A stretch of DNA of 64,000 bases from Bugula neritina (Eukaryota; Animalia; Bryozoa). The stretch spans positions 2,677,628 to 2,741,627 of the forward strand of contig OZ037771.1 in the NCBI GenBank assembly GCA_964035545.1. The letters are read 5' to 3'. Each line of letters begins with the position of its first letter. Within the stretch, counting starts at the first letter, position 1. Shown here piece after piece: positions 39,216-51,079 of this stretch. Both the position numbers and the translations under genes were made by a program. The notes beneath the pieces were generated by a model. That model saw only the letters and a list, made by a program, of their open reading frames with translations, had not been told where the DNA came from and made no database searches.

Positions 39216-41034
39216 TTATGGTTTACAAATTCCATTCACTGTGGGATCAGCAGAGAATCCTGTTGATGTTTGACACTGATTAGGGGCCTGGCAAGGACAT
39301 GCCCCAACCTGAGAGAACTCTAGGAAAGTTTCAAGGGTGGAGCAAGTAGCACCTTCAACTGAGAAACCTTTGCATACACCACTGGATTTATCTCCCTCCG
39401 CACTGAAATTATGAAAACATGAGTTACTAATCATGAAGGAACTAGCGGAGAGTAAAATAACTATGGTAGTTTCTTACTAAGATATATAATAATGGTCTTC
39501 TTAGCTTACCTAAATGTACAGCATTGAGAGAAGGGACAATCAATGTGCTCTACACAAGTGGTTGGAATGGGTGGAGTTACTTCTTTAAGGTCAGGAGTTG
39601 TCATCTCTGGTGAGGGAGTAGTTGTATTGGATGTATCTTTTCCAGATGAGCCTCTTCCTCCCTTCTTCCCTTGTCTGCGAGAGTTTTCACTGGATCCACC
39701 CATTTGGTGTTGTCTCTGAGAGCTTCTGCCTCCTTTGCCTCCTCTGTGATTGCCATCTCTAGAGTTACCTCCCCTTCTTCCTCCGGTTCTGTTGTTACGG
39801 CCTTGAAACAGTTCTAAAGACTCCAGCCAACTAAACACATCCATTTCTTTTGCTGAATCGGTGCTGTTGAAGTTACCTCCCTCAATTTCTGATCTGCTGT
39901 GAGTTCCATTGCCAGGCATGGCTGTTGTAGAGCGTTGGCCAGGTCTTCTAAAAAATGAATTTAGTTAACATATCTTAATAAGCTACAGTCTACATGCTAT
40001 TCATAATATAAAAAACAACAGGTAGACTTAGTCCCTTACAAGTCAACCCCAACAACTTCAAAGCTCATGGGTGAGAATTTACTAATAACAAAAGACATCT
40101 ACTGGGAGACCAACCAGTCTGTATTAAGTACAGTAATTGCTCTGCATATACTTGATATTATAGACTTCTACTCACCCTCCTCTCCCTCCACCATTCTTCC
40201 TTCCTCTGGTTGTTACACCTTGCTCTCTTCTTCCACCAAACCAACCTATAGTGTTATAACATTACATGAAGTACTAGAAGTCTAAGCAATAATGTAATTT
40301 GCCGTACATAAGAATTCCTACTATACAGTTTTAATCGGTATGCGTAGATTTAAATGTAATGTAACAATAGTTGTTTATTTTATATTATATTGATCTCTAT
40401 GTTTATTTCTTACCATCATTCGAGTTTCCTCCACTTTGATTTCCTGATTTCCTTCGTCCTTCCGAATATGAAATCTAAGCACACCAACACATGGATAAGA
40501 AATCAAAATCAGAAATATTTTGCAAACTTTGAGGAAACAAAAGTGCACTGAAACCAAATTTTATTATTTAAAACTTGTCAGTTTTTGGGAGAATTTAATT
40601 ACTGTAAAATACAACATTAAAAATCAGACCTATAGAACACAATATATATGCTAAGTTAGACCTATAATTCATATTTGTTTAGCACTAAGAATTTAATAGA
40701 CTCTAAGCTGGAAAGTTAAATAGTCACCAAGTATTTGGTTGACAATTTATGAGAAATTATTTAAAACATAAAACATAATAGCTATAACTGACAAAGTAGC
40801 ATACAATTTACATCTAAGTCTGGCCAATATAAATATATTTAGTTTAAGTTTTTAATAAACTGGAAATAGAATATTTTGATGTATATAAATTAGTAAATAA
40901 ACAACATGTATTACCAGTTATCCATTAAAATCTTTAACCACCTCAAAATAAACTGTTCTATTTTATTTTCTAAAAGAGTTTTAACTTACCAGCACAGCAC
41001 AGACCAGCAGACAAAGTAGAATTTGGATCTTCAT
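39216..41034 (-). CDS. Secreted Gly/Arg-rich protein with a single prokineticin-like domain, copy 2 (internal in-frame deletion)
   Basis: ATG 41034, MKIQILLCLLVCAVL|ISYSEGRRKSG...; fused exon ...GRGSSGKDTSNTTTPSPE...CVEHIDCPFSQCCTF; last exon ends CKP-TAA at 39216. Confidence 0.75.
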
Positions 41035-44000
41035 GTTTGTTGTTTAGTTGCAGACTTTAGAATGAAACATCTCAGATCTACTCCAACTTTTATACCTGAG
41101 AAGATGTGATGCAACAGAACAGAACATGTGTTTCTAATTTCATACTGAATGACTAATGCAGTCATCACGTGACCAACAAAGAAGTCATCACTATTTTTAG
41201 TACATGATCACTAGCAGCACAGCTGCCTGTTGATGTTATGCTGACTCTAACCACATTCTAAATACTCAGGTTTCAATGAAGACATCGAGAGGGTTAAAGG
41301 TCAAAGTTATATCACTCTGTGATAGAGTAGTGTTATTTAAGTAACCAATTAGATTTAGTTTTATAAACAAGGTCACGACTCTATATATTCTAAAAATCAT
41401 TATTATTCAGTAGGAAATACCATCCTAACCCACACACATGAAAATGATGAACCCATCAACTATAAAATGTGTTGCCATGTTGTTTAGTTTATGAAATAGA
41501 ATTATAAGATTAAATTCTTTATAGTAGGTGCTGATTCATGCAACAATATTATGTATAATTATATATGTTAGTTTATTTAGTCATTCAGCGCATGTGAGAT
41601 ACCACCAGCTCCAGAAATAACATGGCAACCCACTCAAAACTCAGCAACAACAACTATCAGCTATGATTTTCCTCATGTGATGTCTTGTAAACTTTTTCTA
41701 ATTTTTAGCTTTGAACTAACTTTAAAATAATAATTTACTTTGAATAGCAATTGTTTTGAACTTGAGTTAGGAGTGTGAAAATTCACCAGTTATTTATTCC
41801 CACGATAACGTATCTGTGAGACTGAATAATGAGGATAGAGGAGAGAAACTTAAAAGTGATATATGAAAGAAATATAATAACAGCATCATTTAAGAGCAGT
41901 AGAGGAGAAATTGACATAGCCTTATGTTCTTCATGTTTTTATTAAATTTTTGCTCTTCTCACTTTCTCCATTACTGCGCCTACCTCAACAGTATAGCATC
42001 AAATAATCAACCTAAAAGTCATAACAACTCAAAACAGAGAATAAATTATAGACCCATGGAAGCTCTACATGTACAAGTACATGTAAAAAGAATGTTTAGA
42101 TGCTTTGTTTTGAATATGCTATGAAATAACAAGTACTTCAAATAGACTCTCTACAAAAAATTGAATTTTTAAAATCAATAATGATTTACACAAAAAATGT
42201 ATGTTCAATATGCAATATGCAATAAATATTTTTAACATCAGAACTAAAAGCTGCCAACATATTCTGAGAGCTGAATGTGTCATAATATTTCTCTCGTGAT
42301 GTACTATTGGTATCATCAAACTAAATTGATCTGCTTCTGTGTATACAAGTATATTAAGTCATTCATTTCAAAGAGCTTCGGGTACAATGAAAGTTATATA
42401 AATTTACCAGTTTTACGATTAACTGGATAAGAAATTCATGCACAATATGAAACAGAATATCTCTACAATATCTGAAGGCAACTATTATATCTGCAAGTAG
42501 AATGGCATAGTAATACATATAAATAAATAGAAAACTTCTCAAAAACCATTTGTATACAAATTATTATATTAGGGACCCCCCCCCCCCCCCCGCTACCTGA
42601 ACAGGACAAAGCAGAGATAGGTGAGAAGATGAGAAATTATAATTATAGGGAATATTTTTATATAAGTTTAGTTCTAGAGTTATAAGATATAAAGAGAGTC
42701 AGCAGTTACTATTTGTGGCTATTTTTTAGGAAAACATCTTTCAAGTGTTTGTAATAACATTCGTGGTTTACATTCATGAAGCCTTGTGCCAAAAATGTTT
42801 CCTCATAGCAATAAGGTATCCTACACTGTATAGCCTAAATTTAAAGTAGCTGATTCTATAATAGGGGTGGTGGCATGTGCCAGCCTACAAACAGCTCACT
42901 CAACTAACTCTCACACCTGTACCTAATTATCTATCTTGTATGTCAAGTAAACAGCACCTGATTATAATAACAAAGGCATCAAGCTGCTGCCTCTAATATA
43001 ATAATAGTTTATGATGGACATATCCTGGTATATCTAAGGTAGTATTTCCTTATTGCTATGAATAAAACATGTTTGTACTATATATTGTAGTAACGCTGAC
43101 TCAACATCATGTGAAACTACGTTATACCACGTGATGCCCAGGGCAGTGAACTGCAAGGTGTATGCAGGCCCCATGGTTTTTCCAAGTATCCTTGTTCGCA
43201 CTTTCAGCATATGAAATTGACTGATTTTAAAATCATGGAACGACATTCAGAACTTACTTGTACAGGAGCTAAATCATATATTTTGGATCAAAACTGCACA
43301 TCACTGCTCAAACATGCAGCTCCTGAAATGGTATGACATGTTGATGAATGACAGTTACTAAAATATATAGTACAAACATGTTTTATTGTTCTTGCTCTCA
43401 ATTTTTTTCCAATTATTTTTTAGTATTTGCTGCTAAATCTTTTATATTGAATATGCTGAATATTATGGCCAGTGCAAAGCTCCTTTACTAAATTTTACTC
43501 TTGATAAACTCAGCAAATTTATATTACTACTACTTAATTATAAACTTGTTTTAGAATATATAGTTTAACTTGCAGGTAGGTTACATAATATATTGAAGTT
43601 AATGACTTTATCAAAAAAATCATCTATGCATTGTTTTTACTATTTTTAATTTTCTTTTAAATTAAATTATGTCTATTTAAATTAAAGTTATGACCCAAAT
43701 TATATAATATCCTCCTACGCTGTTAATAAAAAATATGTTGGATTATCAATTCATATAAATTAACCATTTTTTTATTACGTTTATTCAAATTTTATTGCAA
43801 TAATTTGTAGATGAAGCAGTAATAAAACTAAAGTAATTTTAATTTAGCTTTTAATTATACGTAATTTATCTATTCTTTGTTTTGAGTTTATTACTAAACA
43901 TTGCAAGTTTTCTGCCCTTTTCTAAACAATTAAAATAAAGTTTAAAAGTATAGTACTAAAACCACTAAGATACCACCATTTTAGCAATTAATTAATTACA

Positions 44001-44590
44001 GTAACTTTAGTATTTTAAATATAAATATTGACATAGCAATCATCACATGTATAACAATGATGAGATGAACACGATTACTCCAAGCACTTTCAGAAACAAA
44101 GGTGCATTCTTATCAAGTTGTGAATATTTTGAACTAGTCAGTTGTGATAAAATAAACAGACTGTCCACAGCTGAGTAAACCTGATCACTGCTTGTAAATC
44201 TTTATAGAGAACCATTATTATTACATTTATTGTCATTATCAACATTATTGTTATTACATTATTACTATTTACAGTCTATACCTTATATTTATATAAAATA
44301 AACTGGCATAGTTGATGCAATAGTGTTTATTATGTATTGAAGTTTATAGAAAACGGGAACAAATTAGGTGATGTGTTACACATAATATACACAAAAATAT
44401 CAGCAGTACAAACTTGTACAAGAAAAATTAGGAAATCCATATTCAACTATAAAGTTATTGTTATATTACAGAATGTAGCAGGTTATGAAAAAAAAATTTT
44501 GAACAAATTGACATTATAAACAAGTGTGACACAAAGTAACAAGCTGCTCAGTTTCCATAGCGACTAGAAAGCATTCTGGAATACAGAACT

Positions 44591-47366
44591 CTATGGTTTA
44601 CAAATTCCATTCACTGTGGGATCAGTAGAGAATCCTGTTGATGTTTGACACTGATTAGGGGCCTGGCAAGGACACGCCCCAACCTGAGGGAACTCTAGGA
44701 AAGTTTCTGGGGTGGAGCAAGTAGCACCTTCAACTGAGAAACCTTTACATACACCACTGGATTTATCTCCCTCCGTACTGAAATCATGAAAACATGAACT
44801 ACTAATCATGAAAGAACTAGCAGAGACAAATAGCTATGGTAGTTTCTTACTAATATATATAATAATAGTCTCCTTAGCTTACCTAATTGTACAGCATTGA
44901 GAGAGAGGACAATCCATGTGCTCTACACAAGTAGTTGGAATGGGCGGAGTTACTTCTATAAGGTCAGGAGTTGTCATCTCTGGTGAGGGAGCTGTTGTAT
45001 TGGATTCTACACACTGTCCCTCGAATTTCCTTCTCCTCTCTTGTCTAGACATGGAATTCTACAATTTAAACAGCAATTTTACATAATTTTCAGAGTTTAT
45101 ATACTCTTGAAATGAGAACAAATTCAATTTGCTGCTAGAGGCTTCAATGAACTACGCTTCTAATGCTCACATCTGATTGGTTTATTTGGCATTCTAATCC
45201 CTCAGCACATGGACACTTGAAAATGTAGAGATCTGTGACATTCTCATTATCTTCTGTGTATCTGCATGTATCTCCAAGAGAGTTCAACTTTTCACATCTC
45301 ATTCCTGACCTAAATGTATACAGTTTGATATTAAATGGATGTAATAAATATGAGTGCATGCAAAGAAACATTTTGACAAGATTTCATACAAACAAATATA
45401 TATTTACAGTATTATCATAATATTACCTTCCAATGACACAGCATTCGTCCATCTCACAATCATCTCCAGACAAACAGGAAATTGGCTCAGTAGAGTTTCC
45501 TGTTGGATCAGCTGTGACAGTGAGGTTAGAAGGCAAGGTACCATTGGCACTAAAATAAATTAACACCATGTAAATGTAAACACCTTTACAGAAATAAGAT
45601 TGAGTTATTCAAAAAGGTGAACTAGTTAATATATAGATTTAATATAGACATACTTGCATAAACTTTCACTGGCTTCTTTACAGAAAAATCTAATAGCGGT
45701 TCTTTTGAAAGATTCTGGAATACCCAAAATACAGAAAAGTTGAGAGTCGGTAAATATAGATTAAAACAAATTCAATTTACAACAGAACAAAAATTATTGA
45801 ATAATTAGATAAATTACTCACTTGCATTTGGGAACACTTGCTCAAAGTTTCCAGCTTTACTCATCCAGTTGTAGCAATAAGTGAGACACCAAGTGGGAGT
45901 TGCTCCTTCTTTTCCAGATGAGCCTTTTCCTCCCTTCTTCCCTTGTCTGTGAGAGTTTTCACTGGATCCACCCATTTGGTGTTGTCTCTGAGAGCTTCTG
46001 CCTCCTTTGCCTCCTCTGCGATTGCCATCTCTAGAGTTACCTCCCCTTCTTCCTCCGGTTCTGTTATTACGGCCTTCAAACAGTTCTAAAGACTCCAGCC
46101 AACTAAACACATCCATTTCTTCTGCAGAATCAGTGCTGTTGGAGTTACCTCCCTCAATTTCTGATCTGGTGTGAGTTTCATTGCCAGGCATGGCTGTCGT
46201 AGAGCGTTGGCCAGGTCTTCTAAAAAGTGATTTTAGTTAACATATCTTAGTAAGCTTTAGTCTATATGTTATCCATAATATGAAAATATCAACAAGTATA
46301 CTAGTCCCGTACAAGTCAACCCCAATAACTTCAAAGCTCATGGGTGAGAATTGACTGATAACAAAAGACATCCAGCACTGGGAGACCAACTAGTCTGTAT
46401 TAGATACAGTAATTACTCTGCATATACTCAATATCATAGACTTCTACTCACCCTCCTCTCCCTCCACCATTCTTCCTCCCTCTGGTTGTTACACCTTGTT
46501 CTCTTCTTCCACCAAACCAACCTATAGTGTTATAACATTACATGAAGTACTAGAAGTCTAAGCAATAATGTAATTTGCCGTACCCGAGAATGCCTACTAT
46601 GTGCACATATATTTCAATCTGTGGTGTGATGGTTGTTTATTCTTAGAAATTATTTTGTTTTTGTTCTAACTTTATAATTTTAAATGATCATATTTAATAT
46701 TGCAAAGGAACAGCTTTAATTCCCAAAACAAATTAAAAACTTCATGAATAAATAATAATTTCTTACCATTATTCGAGTTTTCTCCATTTTGATTTCCTGA
46801 TTTCCTTTGACCTTCCGAATATGAAATCTAAACACACCAACACATGGATAAGAAATCAAAATCAGAAATATTTTGCAATTATGTACTTCGAGGAAACAAA
46901 AGGGAACTGAAACCAAATTTATTACTTATACTGATTTACTTACAGCTTTGGTAGAATTTTATTACTGTAGAGTATCATATATATTAAATCAGACCTGTTC
47001 ATATTTAATTTAGCACTACGAATTTAATAGACTCTAAGCTGGGAAGTTAAATAGTCACCAAGTACTTGGTTGACAATTTAAAAGAAATTATTTGAAAATT
47101 AATAAAACATAATGGCTATAACTGATAAAGTAACATATAATTTAAATGTATGACATCTAAGTGTGGCCAATATGAATATATTTAGTTTAATGTTTGCATA
47201 TAATAGAATATTTTGATGTATTGTAAACAGTAAATAGAAAAATCGCATAACCAGTTATCCATTAAAATTTCCAACCACCTCATAATGGAATGTTTTATTT
47301 TCTAAAATAGTTTTAACTTACCAGCACAGCACAGACAAGCAGACAAAGTAGAATTTGGATCTTCAT
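44591..47366 (-). CDS. Secreted Gly/Arg-rich protein with two prokineticin-like domains, copy 3
   Basis: ATG 47366; nine exons homologous to copy 4; stop TAG 44591-44593; one acceptor mutated AG>GG at 45724-45725. Confidence 0.75.
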
Positions 47367-50300
47367 GTTTGTTGTTTAGTTGCAGACTTTAGAATGAAAC
47401 ATCTCAGATCTACTCCAACTTTTATACCTGAGAAGATGGGATGCAACAACACAAAACATGTGTTTCTAATTTCATACTGGATGACTAATGCAGTCATCAC
47501 GTGACCAACAAAGAAGTCATCACTATTTTTAGTACAGGATTACTAGCAGCGCAGCTGCCTGTTGATGTTATGCTGACTCTAACCACCTTCTAAATACTCA
47601 GGTTTCAATGAAGAAGGCGAGAGGGTTAAAGGTCAAGGTTATATCACTCTGTGATAGGGTAGTGTTATTCAAGTAGCCAATTAGATTTAGTTTTATAAAC
47701 AAGGTCACGACTATATTATACTCTAGAAATCCTTATTATTCAGTAGGAAATACCATCCTAGCCCACACATGAAAATGATGAACCCCTAAACTATAAAATG
47801 TGTTGCTATGTTGTTTAGTTTATGAAATAAAATTATAAGATTAAATTCTTTATGGTAGATGATGATTCATACAACAATATTATGTATAATTATATATGTT
47901 AGTTTATTTAGTCATTCAGTGCATGTGAGATACCACCAGCTTCAGAAAATAACATGGCAACCCACTCAAAACTCAGCAACAAAAACTATCAACTATGATT
48001 TTCCTCATGTGATATTTTGAAAAACTTTTGCTAATTTGTAGCTTTGAACTAACTTTATAATAATCATTTGCTTTGAATAGCAATTGTTTTGAACTTGAGT
48101 TAGGAGTGTGAAAATTCATCAGTTATTTATTCCCACGATGTGAGACTGAATAATGAGCATATAGCAGAAAGAAAATTAAAAGTGATATATGAAAGAAATA
48201 ATATCAGTATATAGCACCAAATAATAGACCTAAACGTCATGATAATTCAAATAAGAGAGTAAGTTATAGACCTATGAAAGCTCTACATATGTACAAGTAC
48301 ATGTAAAAAAATGTTTAGATATTTTATTTTGAACATGCCATGAAATAATAAGCCCTTTGAATAGACCCTCTATTGAAAATTTAATTTTTAAAATCAATAA
48401 TAATTTACACAGAAAATGTATGTTCAATATGCAATATGTAATAAGTATTTTTAACATCAGAACTAAAAGCTGCCAACATATTCTGAAAGCCGAATGTGTC
48501 ATAATATTTCTCTCGTGATGTACTATTGGTATCATCAATCTAAATTGATCTGCTTTTGTGTATACAAGTATATTTAGTCATTCATTTCAAAGAGCTTCAG
48601 GTACAATGAAAGTTATTATATAAATTTACCAGTTTTATGAATAACTGGATAAGAAATTCATGCACAACATAAAACAGAGTATCTCTACATATCTGAAGGC
48701 AACTATTATATCTGCAAGTAGAATGGCACAGTAATACTTATAAATGAATAAACTTTAAATTTCTCAAAAACCATTTGTATACAAATTATTATGTATATTA
48801 TAATTAGGGAACCCCCCCTCCCCCCCCCTACTTGAACAGGACAAAGCAGAGGTAGGTGAGAAGATGAGAAATTATAGGGAATATTTTTATATAATTTTAG
48901 CTCTAGAGTTATAAGATATAAAGAGAGTCAGCAGTTACTATTTGTGGTTATTTTTTAGGAAAACAACTTTCAAGTGTTTGTAATAACATTTGTGGTTTAC
49001 ATTCATGAAACCTTGTGCCAAAAATGTTTCCTCATAGCAATAAGATATCCCACACTGTATAGCCTAAGTTTAAAGTAGCTGATTCTATAATAGGGGTGGT
49101 GGCATGTGCCAGCCTACAAACAGCTCACTCAACTAACTCTCACACCTGTACCTAATTATCTATCTTGTATGTCAAGTAAACAGCACCTGATTATAATAAC
49201 AAAGGTATCAAGCTGCTGCCTCTAATATAATAATAGTTTATGACAGCCATATCCTGGTATATCTAAGGTAGTATTTCCTTATTGCAATGAATAAAACATG
49301 TTTGTACTATATATTTTAGCAACATGTGATTCATCAACATGTGATACTACGTGATGCCCAGGCCAGTGACCCGCAAGGTGTGTGAGGGAGGGGGGGAGGG
49401 GGCCTATGGTTTTTCCAAATATCCTTGTTTCAACTTTCAAACTTTCAGCATTATAAGCTCTGAATTTGTACAAGCACTAAATCACATATTTTGGACCAGA
49501 TCTTTGCAAAGATTCACATCACTGCTCCAACAGCTTCTGAAACTTATAATTCTTGCTCTCAACTTTTTCTAATCTTTTAGTATTTGCTGATAAATAGTTT
49601 ATACTAAATATGCTGAATACTATGACCAGTGCAAAGCTTCTTTACTAAATTCTACTGATCTTCATGGATTCAGCAAATTTACATTTCTATTCCTAATGGA
49701 CTTATTCTAAAATATATAGTCTAACTTGTTAATAAGTTATATTCAAGTTTGACTTTATCAAAGAAATTATCTCAGCTTCTGTTTTTACTATTTCTAAAAA
49801 TTTTTTAAATTAAATTGTTTTTATTTAAATCGAAGTTGTAACTCAAATTATATATATTATTATTTTATGTTACTAATGAAAATCATGTTGGATTATTTTT
49901 ATATAAGTTTAACACTTTCATATATATTATGTCTATTCAAATTTTATTGTAATAATTTGTAGATGAAGCAGTAATAAAACTAAAGCAATTTTAATTTAGT
50001 TTTAATTATATGTTATCTATCTATTCTTTGTTTTGAACTTATTACTACCAAACATTACTAGTTTTCTGCCTTTTTTATTTAATTAGCATAAAAGATCCAC
50101 TGTACTTAACATGCTGAATGTAAAAAAATATGTTACCAAAATGCACTAACATCCTAAAATACCACTATTTTCGCAATCAATTTATTTAAGTAACTTTAGT
50201 ATTTTAAATATAAATAATGACATAGCAATCATCACATGTACAATAATGATGGAGATGAACAAGATTCACTTGAAGCACTTTCAAGAACAAAAGTGGTTTA

Positions 50301-51079
50301 TTTTACCTAATTTAATGCACACTGGAAATCTCCAGTTTTTAGCTATTTTTTACAATTTAGCTGCTAATGAACATGGTTTTTTGTCAAAAACTAGTAAAAT
50401 ATAAATGAACACACCTAAATAATCAAGGTTCTTTTTAATTTTGCTTGATTTCCCATAATTTTTTCTAATTATTCAGCTACTTTTAATTTCGGAGAGTTAT
50501 GGTTTTTTCATAACACATGATGGAGATGAACAAGATTTGCTTAAAGCACTTTTAAGAATAAAAATGCATTCTAATCAAGTTGGGAATATTTTGAACTATA
50601 AGTCAGTTGTGATAAAATAAACAGACTGTCCACAGCTGAGTAAACCTGATCACTGCTTGTAAATCTTTATATAGAACCATTATTATTACATTTATTGTCA
50701 TTATTAACATTAATACCCAAATTATTATTGTTGTTATTCCATTATTATCAGTATTACTATTTACAGCCTATACCTTAGTCTTTATATAAAATAAAGTCGG
50801 ATAGTTGATGCAATGTTTATCTTGTATTGAATCTTATAGAAAAAGGGAACAAATTAGGTGATGTGTTACATATAATATATACAAAAATATCAGCAGTACA
50901 AACTTGTACAAGAAAAATTAGAAAGTCTGTATTCAACTTAGTAAAGATATTGCAATACTACAGAATTTAGAAAGTTATGAAAATTTTTTTAACAAATTGA
51001 CATTATAAACAAGTGTGGCACAAAGTAACGAGCTGCTCAGTTTCCATAGCGACTAGAAAACATTCTGGAATACAGAACT

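Noticed and set aside
42119-48538. Repeated small ORF MMIPIVHHERN... (42119-42319 and 48272-48538)
   Set aside because: Similarity is explained by the segmental duplication; lengths differ, starts are not ATG, and composition is that of AT-rich noncoding DNA
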